NCBI GenBank assembly: GCA_042408215.1
Contig: JAYFMW010000027.1
Span: 1 to 64,000 of the forward strand
Reading direction: 5' to 3'
From: Microcoleus sp.
Lineage (GTDB): Bacteria; Cyanobacteriota; Cyanobacteriia; Cyanobacteriales; Microcoleaceae
Length of the DNA stretch: 64,000 nucleotides
This document shows, piece after piece, positions 8,746-18,917 of this stretch. How positions within the stretch are numbered: position 1 is the first letter of the stretch; each line of letters starts with the position of its first letter. The notes beneath the pieces are model-generated. The model was given only the letters and a program-made list of their open reading frames with translations, made no database searches and was not told the origin of the DNA. A program made the position numbers and the translations under genes.

Positions 8746-11367
8746 TCACAAAAAAGAAGTCTGATTTTCTTGAGATTCCAGGGTAGTCTTAAATCCCGCA
8801 GCGGGAGTCCATTGGATGGCTCCGTCGCGCCCAGTCCAAAAGAGCTGGGTTTTGCTTTGGTGCAGTTGGGCTGCGGTTGAGGAGTCAATTTCGTCAGCAG
8901 ATGCGATCGCCAATTTTGGCCCAACTGCCGCCAATAACTCCGCCGTCAACGTTTTTCCAGACCACCACAGCACTTGAGCTGGCTTCAAAGTTCCCGTTGC
9001 TACCAATTTTTTTTGGGCTTCGGGTGCGATCTCACCAAGCATCAACCAACTTCGTGAAGCGAAGCTATCCCGAAGGGAATCGCCCATCAGCAATTCTACC
9101 ACCGGGATTTCCGCATTCACCAACTGCAACCGCACAGAGCCCAGATTAATTGTGCTGTTAGTTTCTAAAGGAAAGTAAACCCCTTGGCGAGATTGCACCG
9201 CAGTCATCAATTCCTGACGGCTGGCATAGTGAATTTGTTTGGGAGCGCTGTTATCATAAAATGTTTGAATTGGCAAGCGTTCTAATAATTTTCCCCAACC
9301 TGCACTCAAACCTAAATGAGGATGGGTGGCGATCGCAAAATTCACAGAATTAACTGCTTGTTTCTGCAAAAAAGGTAGCACTGTAAACCTAACTGTATTT
9401 TCATCACCGGTATTAATTAGCGCCACTTTTCCTCGGTCTTGAATCACCAAAACAGGCTCGCCTGATGTCGCCAGTAAAGTAACTTGAAATAAAGATGCCT
9501 GACTGTGCCAAGCTGGCAAAACTATGATAGCAATTCCCGCCACAATCGCCAGCGGTAAAATTGAGGCAGATGAAAAAATCGGCAGGGAAATAAATCTGCT
9601 TTTTTCCATCTTCTCTCTCCCATCTTCCTTCTCCCATCTTCCTTCTTCCTTCCCGGCGTTAAATCCGTTAAATCCGTTACATAATCCGTTGCCGAACTTC
9701 CCTCTACCCAGCCAAACCCAGCCAATTAAACTATAAAGTACGATTAGTTGTAACTCCGATACTTGACCGACAGCTACCGAATTACCGGGTAACTGCGAGA
9801 AATATTGAGCGATCGCAATTAACCCATGTGCCGGATAGTCTAGCAGTTGCGCTAACCCACTGCCAGCCAGCGGAAAAATCAATCCAGCTAAAGCACTAAT
9901 CATCCCCCCAATACTCAAAATCCACAGTAAAGGAGCGGCAATAATATTGACTAAAATGCAATAAGGAGATACCACACTAAAAACGTAAAGTAGCAGCGGT
10001 AGCACCCAAACTGAAGCAGCGATAGGAACCACAAAAATAGAAGCGATCGCCGGTGGCATCCACTCCAATTTTGCCATCATCGGGGGTGTGGTCACTATCA
10101 ACCCCAAAGTCGCCAAAAAACTCAGTTGAAAACCTAAATCCCAAATCCATAAAGGATTAACCAATAGTAAAACTATCCCAGCGATTAACAGCAATCCCAG
10201 GGGCTTAACTTCTCGCTTCAGCAGCAAAGCAAATAGCGTTCCAAATCCCATCAAAGCCGCGCGGCATACTGAAGCTTCAAAGCCAGTTAATCCCACTAGC
10301 AAAAATAAAGCACCGCAGCCAAAGCTAAATTGTAACTGTTTGGAAAAACCTCTGGTTAAAGCTAGAACTAAAGCCAAAACCATAGAAACTTGAGTGCCCG
10401 AAGCTGCGATCGCGTGGGCTAATCCAACCTGCACAAAGTAGTCGCGGATGTTGTAAGGTAAATCTACGGCTTGCTTACCCAGGGCGATCGCACTAATCAG
10501 CGGGCCTTCGGGAACATTTAAGTGCAGTAGTTGCGATCGGACAATCCGCTGTCGCATTCTATAAATTGTTGGTGCCGACATCTCGCTTGACTCAGAGAAA
10601 GCAGCCGTAGCTTGCTTGTCACGTCGATTGACAGCGGCGATCGCATTTTCTCTCGTCCAGTCAATTTGGCGGCCTTTGAGCCCTACAAAAGCCCCTTCTC
10701 TGGCTAAATATCTTTGAAAATCAAAAGCCCCCGGATTCGATGGCGGCTGCGGTTTGTAGAGAGAACCTGTAACTGCGATCGTATTTTCTGGGTACAAACC
10801 TGTTGCTTGCAACAAAGGTACTGTGACGTAGAGTTTCCCGGATACTTCGCGATTTACTACTACTCCTCCCTCGCCACCGTTAATTTCGCTAACTAGATCG
10901 GTTTCCAGCCAAAATTGCGATCGCCCCGATCGAGTTATGCGTGGGCTACTCACAACTCTACCGCGAACAGTCACCGCGACTTCTTCAGTATTACCAACCG
11001 CAGGAATCAATTTGCTGATATCATTAATTGCTGGTTGGGGCGATCGGATTTGAAAATAAACGCTAGCGAGAAATCCCGTCAAACCTGCGAGTAACCACAC
11101 CCATTTCGACCTCGGCAGCATTTGATAAAAACTCAATTCTTCGGTTTTTTCTAAGGAAGAATCAGCAGGATTTTTGGTGGTTCGGCTGCGTCTTTTTTTA
11201 GTCTTTTTGACCGAAGTTCGAGTATATTTTCGCAAGAATTTCGGCATGGCGATCGCCGCGACAACTCCCAAAGCAAGTATACCGAAACCACCCCAATGCA
11301 CCGCTGTAGAAATCAATCCCAAAAGGTAGGCAAGACAGAAAATGACACCCGTTACTTGATTCATCAA
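8746..11367 (-). CDS. comEC: ComEC/Rec2 competence protein
   Basis: DUF4131-like region (NPGAFDFQRYL), GLAHAIAASG.QV, RAALM, NPLWIWDLGFQLSFLAT; degenerate beta-lactamase-like C-terminus. Confidence 0.95.
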   Translation of the reverse strand: MMNQVTGVIFCLAYLLGLISTAVHWGGFGILALGVVAAIAMPKFLRKYTRTSVKKTKKRRSRTTKNPADSSLEKTEELSFYQMLPRSKWVWLLAGLTGFLASVYFQIRSPQPAINDISKLIPAVGNTEEVAVTVRGRVVSSPRITRSGRSQFWLETDLVSEINGGEGGVVVNREVSGKLYVTVPLLQATGLYPENTIAVTGSLYKPQPPSNPGAFDFQRYLAREGAFVGLKGRQIDWTRENAIAAVNRRDKQATAAFSESSEMSAPTIYRMRQRIVRSQLLHLNVPEGPLISAIALGKQAVDLPYNIRDYFVQVGLAHAIAASGTQVSMVLALVLALTRGFSKQLQFSFGCGALFLLVGLTGFEASVCRAALMGFGTLFALLLKREVKPLGLLLIAGIVLLLVNPLWIWDLGFQLSFLATLGLIVTTPPMMAKLEWMPPAIASIFVVPIAASVWVLPLLLYVFSVVSPYCILVNIIAAPLLWILSIGGMISALAGLIFPLAGSGLAQLLDYPAHGLIAIAQYFSQLPGNSVAVGQVSELQLIVLYSLIGWVWLGRGKFGNGLCNGFNGFNAGKEEGRWEKEDGREKMEKSRFISLPIFSSASILPLAIVAGIAIIVLPAWHSQASLFQVTLLATSGEPVLVIQDRGKVALINTGDENTVRFTVLPFLQKQAVNSVNFAIATHPHLGLSAGWGKLLERLPIQTFYDNSAPKQIHYASRQELMTAVQSRQGVYFPLETNSTINLGSVRLQLVNAEIPVVELLMGDSLRDSFASRSWLMLGEIAPEAQKKLVATGTLKPAQVLWWSGKTLTAELLAAVGPKLAIASADEIDSSTAAQLHQSKTQLFWTGRDGAIQWTPAAGFKTTLESQENQTSFL

Positions 11368-11434
11368 AACGTAAAATACTATAGCTATTATATCCCGACT
11401 TCTGTAAGAAGTCGGGGATCTGAGTATTCTCTCT

Positions 11435-11470
11435 TGTCCCCCCCTTAAGAAGGGGGGTTAGGGGGGATCG
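11435..11470. repeat. CCCCCTTAAGAAGGGGG palindromic dispersed repeat
   Basis: Same core recurs at about 47784-47885 and in each unit of the 129-bp array. Confidence 0.85.
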
Positions 11471-11488
11471 AAGAGTTAGTTAACTCAC

Positions 11489-11968
11489 CTAAATAGACAA
11501 CCCCAATTTTAAACCGAAAGCCGCGTGCACCACCATAAGTGCCAGGGCTGTCGTGCCCAAATAAGCATGAACCGCCCGCAGTGCCAGTTTGTCGCCCCCA
11601 AAACCAGTTAGCGAAATCAAGCTGTTAACAGCCAGCAAAACCAGCACTGTCGAACCAGTCCAAAAATGTGGACTTTCCATGACTGGCTGGTGCTGCATCA
11701 CCAGCGACAGCAAGCCGCCAGTATAACCCAAAGCTATGAACAAAAACATCCACGGTGCAAGTTTGCGGTGCTCCGATCGACTTTTGAGTGCCACATCTTT
11801 ATCGGTGGCTAAACGTCCCTGCCATCCGGTATAACCGACAAAACTGCCCATCGCCACAACCACGATCCCCATCATTACCGGATGTCCCCAATGAGTGATG
11901 GGTTCGGGAATGCCCAGACTGCGAAATTGACTGGCAATTGGCTCTAACAGTTCACTTAGATTGATCAT
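11489..11968 (-). CDS. DUF4079 family membrane protein
   Basis: Four hydrophobic helices with conserved His (WGHP, EHRKL, SPHFWTG, HAYLG). Confidence 0.85.
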   Translation of the reverse strand: MINLSELLEPIASQFRSLGIPEPITHWGHPVMMGIVVVAMGSFVGYTGWQGRLATDKDVALKSRSEHRKLAPWMFLFIALGYTGGLLSLVMQHQPVMESPHFWTGSTVLVLLAVNSLISLTGFGGDKLALRAVHAYLGTTALALMVVHAAFGLKLGLSI

Positions 11969-12202
11969 TTGCTTGAGATTCCCAACTTGGCGATCGCTAA
12001 TTTTGATTTAATTAATAATTTACTCTAAAATAGTAATAGTGCGATCGCGATCGCCCCAATCAAATAGCCCTTTGAGCGCCCAAAAAAATACTTTGACTTG
12101 TTGGTATGTTATCAAAGAGAGTCATCTATCCAAAAGCATAGATTTACACAAAACTTAGCCGGCTAAGGCCGACTGCGAGATTTTGACCAAAAAATTGGGA
12201 TA

Positions 12203-12370
12203 CAAGCCCCGTCCTTTGAGGACGGCTTTTTGCTAGAATAAATTAAGTCAACCTAGGGCATTGGGAGACTCTAAACGGACGTGGAGCGATGGTAAGACTA
12301 CCGCTTGCGGAGCGCGTTGCTATGAAGCGTCAAGGAATCCTCGGACTTGATAGACGGGGAGGTATGTCAA
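12203..12370 (+). mobile_element. miniature non-autonomous IS200/IS605 derivative (left end + right end/omegaRNA-like region, no ORF)
   Basis: Left hairpin caagccccgtcctttgaggacggcttt; right part ...gaagcgtcaaggaatcctcggac...cggggaggtatgTCAA resembles the right ends at 13613-13646 and 62768-62800. Confidence 0.7.
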
Positions 12371-12557
12371 AACACTACGAATACAGTTTTCAATCACTGT
12401 TTCCAGCCAGAAGTCTGTATAAAATAAAAGAGCGGGACACAGGAGAAGTGTATTGCCTAGCCTCAGCAGGGGAGCTGCCATTTCAGTTAATTTGAGCTGA
12501 GCAGTATCCAATCTTTTGTCCCCACACCAGTAAGAGGAAGCCATTGCAGACGGCGCT

Positions 12558-13604
12558 ATGATTAAGCCTTACCGAATTTTGCAGCGCATTGCTCAACTGC
12601 TCGCCTACGCCTACTCAGCACTGATTGCCGGCTATCTGATTCTGAGACTGAGCTTTTGGGACAGACTGTGGCCGATTTCCTTGGCCGGGGATTTTGTTCC
12701 TTGGATTTTCTTGCCAATCTTCCTCCTGCCAATTCTCGGGTTTTTGATCGTCAAGAAACGCCGGTTCGCCATTGTTTCATCTGTGGCTTGCATCTGTCTG
12801 CTGGGTTGGCTGCACGTCACCTACTTTTCTCCCCAGCCGGCGAACATCAGTAACTCCCAGCCAACCCTCAAGGTTTTTTCTCTCAACATCGGCTGGCATC
12901 ACAAATCCCCACAAGCTTTGGTTAGCCTAATTCAGTCAGAAAAACCAGACCTCATTTGTTTACAAGAAATTAAGGAGGATTACGCCAAAGAAGTATTCTC
13001 TAAGTTGGCCGCATTATACCCGTACCACCAGGGGCGCGGATACCATGTGATTCTCAGCAGATATCCCATTCGCTCTTTCCAAACGTTACACCTAGCCGGT
13101 GGGAACGAACCACAGGAACGAGCCATGATCGAAATGAACCAGCAAGACGTAGTTCTTTATAACATTTCAACAACCCCACCCTGGTTTCGCCGGCATAAAA
13201 TTTTGCCTTTCCTCAAAATCCCAGTTTACGAGTACGGCGACCGACCGGCACAAATTCAAGATTTAGTGTGGCGACTCCAGAAAGAAACGCTGCCGGTTAT
13301 TGCCGCCGGGGACTTTAATTTTACAGAACAGTCTCAAGACTACTATTATTTGAGAGCGGTTATGCAAGATGCTTTCCGAACAGCAGGACTGGGTTTTGGC
13401 TTTACTTTTCCTCACGGGTGGGAGCTGAATTTACTGGTTAAACAGATCAACTGGAAAATAACTTTTCCCCTGGTGAGGCTTGACTATGTTTGGTATTCTC
13501 GGCACTGGGGGGCGAAATCAGCGCAGGTTTTACCGGCAATCGATTCAGAGCATCTGCCGGTGGGGGCAGAACTGCGGTTGCAACCGGAATCTGGACGAGT
13601 GTAG
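12558..13604 (+). CDS. endonuclease/exonuclease/phosphatase family membrane protein
   Basis: N-terminal TM helices; SLNI, PDLICLQE, AGDFN, LDYVW, SEHLPV motifs. Confidence 0.9.
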   Translation: MIKPYRILQRIAQLLAYAYSALIAGYLILRLSFWDRLWPISLAGDFVPWIFLPIFLLPILGFLIVKKRRFAIVSSVACICLLGWLHVTYFSPQPANISNSQPTLKVFSLNIGWHHKSPQALVSLIQSEKPDLICLQEIKEDYAKEVFSKLAALYPYHQGRGYHVILSRYPIRSFQTLHLAGGNEPQERAMIEMNQQDVVLYNISTTPPWFRRHKILPFLKIPVYEYGDRPAQIQDLVWRLQKETLPVIAAGDFNFTEQSQDYYYLRAVMQDAFRTAGLGFGFTFPHGWELNLLVKQINWKITFPLVRLDYVWYSRHWGAKSAQVLPAIDSEHLPVGAELRLQPESGRV

Positions 13605-13612
13605 GGGGGTGC

Positions 13613-15258
13613 TTGACCTCTCCCCGGCTTAAAAGCACGGGGATTCTAAACTGTTGCTACGTGGCAGGCTGAAGCCGTGCCACTTCGCTTTTTAGTTTTG
13701 GTTTCCCAGATCCGAAATCTGGTAGCAAGGGTCAAAACTTGCCTACAGACCTTGACTAGGCTTAATCCTAGTTGTGTCTCTACTTTGCGAAGTATATTCG
13801 CTGCACCATTCAAATCAGCATTGATTAATTGTCCTTTCCCAGTGCGGTACATTCCGCGCTTAACTCTTTTCCCACTTGGTTTCCACCCTTCAGGTTTGGC
13901 GCCGAAAGTAGGCAGAAAATCACCATCTAGAAAAGACGATTTGCTGGTATAGGACTCTTCTGTTTCAACAAACTTGATGCAGTATTCTTCGCACAGTTGT
14001 TTGATCCGTTCTTTGAGTTTGGCAGTAGGTATCTGCACGAAGGATTGAGTCGTTTTACCCAATGCTGCTTCTTGTCGTTGTCCCTGGTTCCATCCAAAAA
14101 CGACTGTACCAATTTGATATTTGATGCAATGGTCAATAACTAACCTCGCGGCTTTGTTGACGGCATCTCGCATTTGTCGATTGCGTTTTTCGGTTAGATG
14201 AGCTAATCGATCATCCCAATAGCCTTGCGGTTTACCTTCCTGGAGTGTGCTAACCCGTTTGTTGTACCACTGGTTGAGTGATTTAACTTTACGCCCATCA
14301 ATGATGAAACTAGTTCCAACATTGGAAACACAGCTTAACCAGTTGTTGATACCTGGGTCAATTGTCAGCGCATTGCTTGAGTCGATATCGTGTTTAGCAA
14401 CTTGCTGTTTCTCGTAGACAAACTCAGCATAAAAACACTGGTTTCTAGGCAGTATCCGCAATTCCTTGATATCTTCAAAACGCAAATTGGCAGACATTGG
14501 AATCATGAAACTATCAAGCTTAAACCATTTTTTTACAGTTGTTCCGAGAGGTATTTTGATTTGATCCCCAACAAGTCTTAATGCTTGATGAGGGTATGTC
14601 ACCATTGCAAATCCGTCCTTCTTACGGTAGTCAGGAGCTTTCGGGCGGAAATGTAGTTCACCCTTGCGGTATTTTTTATCCAACTCCTGAAACGATTTAA
14701 AAGATTCTGCGACCGTCCTCAATATTTGTTGTGCTGCCTGAGAATGCAAAACCTGATAATGCCTATTGGTTTTGTATTCTTTCTCTAGGTCGTACTTACC
14801 AATTATTTTTCTGGTTTTAAAAAACAACTGACGAGCATAATAAATACCGCAGTTGGTTAATTTATGCGACTCGGAACAAATAAACTCAAGAATTGCTTTC
14901 AAATTGACATCAGGATTGATGAGATTTTGCTGACATCCATACACCTTGCGACCACCTACTTTTATGTGTTATTCATACAAGTATACATGAATCTACAACA
15001 AATAACCATGCCATTCCAGAAGAAACACAAAGATAGATATACAACAAGTAGAGAAAAACCTCTAACAAGTAGTCCAGTCTGTTTGCGGATGGATGAAGAG
15101 TTAGCCAAAAACTTAAAATCCGTCCCTGATTGGCAAGAACGGTTAAGGTTCGCATTGCCTGAGTTGATAGAATCGAAAGAAGGCAGGTTAAAACCTGCCG
15201 TGTCGTGTTTCATCCCCTCCTTAAAAGGCTGGGGCTTTCACACTCCCATCAAGTTTTT
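13613..15258 (-). mobile_element. IS200/IS605-family element, tnpB plus small divergent ORF, no tnpA
   Basis: Right end gaatccccgtgcttttaagccggggagaggTCAA ending at 13613; left-end hairpin aaagccccagccttttaaggaggggatgaaac, preceded by TTAC (15262-15259 on minus). Confidence 0.85.
13646..14944 (-). CDS. tnpB: RNA-guided endonuclease TnpB
   Basis: SQAAQQIL, IDPGINNW (RuvC-I), FGWNQGQ, EESYTSK, INADLNGAANI (RuvC-III); no CxxC zinc finger. Confidence 0.93.
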   Translation of the reverse strand: MYGCQQNLINPDVNLKAILEFICSESHKLTNCGIYYARQLFFKTRKIIGKYDLEKEYKTNRHYQVLHSQAAQQILRTVAESFKSFQELDKKYRKGELHFRPKAPDYRKKDGFAMVTYPHQALRLVGDQIKIPLGTTVKKWFKLDSFMIPMSANLRFEDIKELRILPRNQCFYAEFVYEKQQVAKHDIDSSNALTIDPGINNWLSCVSNVGTSFIIDGRKVKSLNQWYNKRVSTLQEGKPQGYWDDRLAHLTEKRNRQMRDAVNKAARLVIDHCIKYQIGTVVFGWNQGQRQEAALGKTTQSFVQIPTAKLKERIKQLCEEYCIKFVETEESYTSKSSFLDGDFLPTFGAKPEGWKPSGKRVKRGMYRTGKGQLINADLNGAANILRKVETQLGLSLVKVCRQVLTLATRFRIWETKTKKRSGTASACHVATV

Positions 15259-15262
15259 GTAA
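15008..15262 (+). CDS. small putative DNA-binding accessory protein inside the IS605 element
   Basis: MPFQKKH...PVCLRMDEELAKNLKSVPDWQERLR; RHH-like pattern, divergent from tnpB. Confidence 0.55.
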   Translation: MPFQKKHKDRYTTSREKPLTSSPVCLRMDEELAKNLKSVPDWQERLRFALPELIESKEGRLKPAVSCFIPSLKGWGFHTPIKFL

Positions 15263-15409
15263 CACTTTGGTGGGGCGACCACAAGGGCATTGGTGTCAAT
15301 GTAGCGGCTGTGCCCCCGTGCCGGCCGGGGGAAGGTCGTGATCCTGTTGGCGAATCGGTGAAGGGTGACACCCCAGATGGGATCCCGTCGCACCCCTCTT
15401 AGATCAAGT

Positions 15410-15525
15410 CCGGCTCTTTGATAACATACTGAAACTTCACGAGAACTTGACGAGTTGTAAGCTGATGTTCTCTAGAACTGCGCACTCTGGGGAGTCGGCT
15501 CCTACCAGCCCACAGGCTTAACTTC
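15410..15525 (-). ncRNA. orphan, degenerate IS607-type right end / omegaRNA-like segment
   Basis: Minus strand gcctgtgggctggtaggagccgactccccagagtgcgcag...aagtttcagtatgttatcaaagagccGG parallels the adjacent end (gcctgtggatggg...ccgac...gaagcag...gtaagtttttcagagcGG). Confidence 0.5.
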
Positions 15526-15542
15526 ACACTGATATTACGTTA

Positions 15543-15690
15543 CCGCTCTGAAAAACTTACCCAAAACCAGACAAACCCCGACAAACCGGAGATTAAATAG
15601 TTTTAGTGTTTTCTTCCTGCTTCTCACGGTCGGTAATCCGAGCCCATCCACAGGCAGAGCACCCGTAAGCTACGGGCTCCACAAGGAAAG
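15543..15690 (-). ncRNA. IS607-type right end / omegaRNA scaffold of the tnpB pseudogene
   Basis: gcctgtgga...gaagcaggaag...gggtaagtttttcagagcGG, overlapping the tnpB 3' end. Confidence 0.65.
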
Positions 15691-16789
15691 TCTTAAAACT
15701 CTTAAACCTTCATGTTTTAAATTAACGGCGGCATTTTCATCTCTATCTTGGACCTGACCACAGTTTTCACACTTATATACTCTATCAGCAAGAGTCAAAT
15801 CTTGTTTATGTCCACAATTAGAACATGATTTAGAAGACGGATACCAGCGATCAACTATTACTAAATGTGAACCATACAACTGGCATTTATATTCCAACTG
15901 TCTTCGGAATTCAAACAAACCTAAATCGGCTATAGCACGAAGCTCATTTAGGGTTTTTTAGCATCCCTTTAACGTTTAAATCTTCAAGGCAGATTACATC
16001 AAAAGTTTTTGCCAGCCATGTAGTTAATTTGTGCAGATAGTCTTTTCTGATATTCGCAACGTGCGAATGAAACCGTCCTAATTTAATCTTTGCTTCCTGA
16101 TAAGAGCCTGTTCCTTTTTGCTTGCGACTCAGTGACCTAGACAACTGCCTAAGCCTTCCTAAAGCCGCTTTCAGCGGTTTTATATTGGGGATAACTTGAC
16201 CATTGCTCAACGTAGCCAGTGATTTAATTCCCAGATCAACACCTACAACTTCGATTGGTTCTCTCATTGGCTGTGACGGTGTTTCTCTCTTGAAACTTAC
16301 AAACCACTTATCGGCTTTTTTACTGATGGTGAAACTTTTAACTTTTCCCAAAGCTGGTAATTTCTCAAAAGTTTTGACCTTACCAATATTAGGAATCTGT
16401 ACCCAAGTAGAACCCACAATTGTGGAACCATCACAAGTAAAACTATCGTTAAATCCTTTCTTTTTGAAGTTGGGAAATCCCTTTTCTGGTTGTTTAAAGA
16501 AATTGTTTAAAGCATCTCTAACATGGCGGGTAGCATAATTATGACATCCTTTCGACACTTCATAAGTCCAAGGGTTTTCTGATTTTACCTCAGCCGTAAA
16601 TCGCTTATTCAGATCTATGGCAGTTGGTAATTTAATTTGGTTTTCTGGTTGAGTTTTATGATGTTCTAAGCTGGTAATTAAAACTTGAAGTCCCCAATTA
16701 TAAGCATATCTAGCTACCCCTGCTGATTTAGCCAGCAAAGTACGTTGTTTATTGTTGGGGTTAAGTTCGGTTTTAAAACCTAGCAGCAT
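15670..16789 (-). pseudogene. tnpB: TnpB (IS607-associated type) with stop and 1-nt insertion near 15940-15946
   Basis: MLLGFKTEL.PNNKQRT, VGVDLGIK, CLEDLNV then TGA; RAIADLGLFEFRRQLEYK, CSNC..CENC, DRDENAA continue in another frame; no serine recombinase upstream. Confidence 0.9.
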
Positions 16790-17199
16790 TTTACGAACTG
16801 TCAAAGCGAATGCTAATTTCAGTTTAATGCTTGTATTATGGTTTGTCAATCAACTATAAATGTGTTCTCGTAGCTGGGTCGGAAACAGTCCAGAATGTCT
16901 GGGTAATTTACGTCCTGGACAATACCCTCTTTGATAACTTTATAGATCCTTGGCAATGCTCAGGAGACTTTAGCTAACTCTTCGATAACACTCTTCGATA
17001 ACATCTAGCGGAATTTGCTCCTGTAGCGTCAGATGATCCAACGCATAGCTCAGGAGCTGAACGCACTGAAAGCACTCTTGTCTGTTGAGTTGCGATCGCT
17101 CCGCAACTGCCAACCCTCTGTGCTAAGTCGCTCTTTGATTCGCTCTTTAGCACGCAAGGGCCGACTTTCGCTGTCGCTTTTCTCCGAACCATGCAATCG

Positions 17200-17544
17200 C
17201 TAGACACGTTGCACCTTCGCCACCGTAGCTTCCGAAGGTTGGATTTGGTACTTGACGAGATTTGCCAGTTCCTGTAACTGATTAATCGCTTCTGCACCTT
17301 CGAGTTTCATCAGTTCGCGATCGTCCCGCATCTCCGTCCAAGTGATACCGTAATCTGACACTAAAAATCGAATCAGATGGTTGTCCGTCAAACTGACCAT
17401 AAATGAGGCACTGTTCATCTGACCCCCGCAAGTGTAGCAGGAAGCCAAATAACCCCGATGCTCTAGCACGATCGCCAAAGCTTGGAGGTTCATTACCAAA
17501 TCTTGGACGAATTTACGGTGTTGTTCTGCAAGTCTCAGAAACAC
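17200..17544 (-). CDS. DUF1815 family protein
   Basis: MF.RLAEQHR.FVQDLVMNLQALA...ASCYTCG...FLVSDYGITWTE signature. Confidence 0.85.
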   Translation of the reverse strand: MFLRLAEQHRKFVQDLVMNLQALAIVLEHRGYLASCYTCGGQMNSASFMVSLTDNHLIRFLVSDYGITWTEMRDDRELMKLEGAEAINQLQELANLVKYQIQPSEATVAKVQRV

Positions 17545-17861
17545 AGTTCTCCTCCTATCACCACGCCGTTTATTTTACACCCCATTTAATAATTTCTTAA
17601 GAATTGGGGATTTAGGTAGTGGTACGTTACACGTTTAGTATGCTCCAAAAAAATCGGATTAGCGACTTCTTCAGCCTACTTATACTACAGTAACCGAGTG
17701 GCGATCGAAACTAAGTATCAGTAGCGACATTCAATGTAAACAGGCAGCCATCAGGGAGTCCAGCCCCAAAATACCCCTGCTATGACAGGGGATTCAGCCC
17801 TCAGACAGCCCAAAGATACAAATAACTAATCAGAAGTATCCAATTAGTTAAGTATAAAAGT

Positions 17862-18593
17862 TCAATCGCCCTGGGGATACTCATCCCAAAGCGTCGTAGT
17901 CTGTCGCAAACTCCGGTAATCCCCATTCCCCAAAATCAAGTGATCCAGCAGCGGAATCGACAAAAACTGCGCCCCAGCCAGCAACTGCCGCGTCAAAGCA
18001 ATATCCTCCGGGCTGGGATCCAGATTTCCCGACGGGTGATTGTGGGAAACGATCGCCCGCGTCGCCCCCTGGCGGATCACCTCGCGAAAAATATCCCGTG
18101 GGTGAGCCAAAGTTTCCGTCGCCGTCCCGATCGTAATCACCTGAGTTCCCAGCAGCCGATTTTTCACATCCAGCAGCACCACAGCAAAACGTTCCTGAGA
18201 CTGCCACATCAAATCCTGACTCAGGGCATCCGCCGCCGATTGGGGAGAGTCAACCACGGCCATTTCCGGCGGCCGCGACTGAAACACCCGCTTACCCAAC
18301 TCCACAGCAGCCAAAATCCCAGTCGCCTTAGCAGGCCCAATCCCGTGAATCTGCGTCAACTCCTGGACGCTAATATTCCGCAGCACAGCCAGAGGATCGC
18401 GCTGGTGCTGGCTCAACTGATTGAGAATATATTGTCCCAACCCCACAGCCGAAAGTTTGCCCTTTCCCTGCCCGGTACCGAGCAAAATCGCAATCAATTC
18501 CGCAGTCGCCAAACTTGAAGGGCCGCCGGCCATCAACCGCTCCCGCGGCCGTTCACTCGTCGGCAAATCGACAATTCTCAGACTGTAAGTCAT
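17862..18593 (-). CDS. radC: RadC-like JAB domain protein
   Basis: [17 protein letters not shown], Hh[14 protein letters not shown]...S..D, LLDHLI. Confidence 0.95.
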   Translation of the reverse strand: MTYSLRIVDLPTSERPRERLMAGGPSSLATAELIAILLGTGQGKGKLSAVGLGQYILNQLSQHQRDPLAVLRNISVQELTQIHGIGPAKATGILAAVELGKRVFQSRPPEMAVVDSPQSAADALSQDLMWQSQERFAVVLLDVKNRLLGTQVITIGTATETLAHPRDIFREVIRQGATRAIVSHNHPSGNLDPSPEDIALTRQLLAGAQFLSIPLLDHLILGNGDYRSLRQTTTLWDEYPQGD

Positions 18594-18917
18594 GGATGCA
18601 CCAACATTGCAAGCTCAACTATTCCCCCATATTAGCCGATCGATTTGCCTGTTCAAATCAGTACAATCACCCAAAAAACCGCAAGGCATTGAAGGCGGCT
18701 GTTCGGAGTTTACCGGCGTTTTTGATAAATACTCACATCAGGAATCATTGTCATCATCGATTTGGGATTTGGGATTTGGGATTTGGGATTGGAGAATTAC
18801 TCCCCCGGAGCAATCCAGGAACCATGACAGGAACGATGGGGATATTAAATAATAAATAGCTTTTGAAATAACCAAAAATTTCAGCTTAAAATAGACAAAA
18901 AATTATTAGCTTAAAAT

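Noticed and set aside
16850..17200. IS607 serine recombinase (tnpA) upstream of the tnpB pseudogene
   Set aside because: No such ORF or motif; the 16974-17297 ORF overlaps DUF1815 and has no recognisable features.
17940..18518. Long antisense ORFs over radC, and similar ones over accC, malic enzyme, argS and the coiled-coil genes
   Set aside because: Shadows of well-supported genes on the opposite strand, with no motifs of their own.
17862..18593. radC as an island or anti-restriction marker
   Set aside because: Full-length HhH+JAB form among core genes, consistent with the ordinary chromosomal copy.
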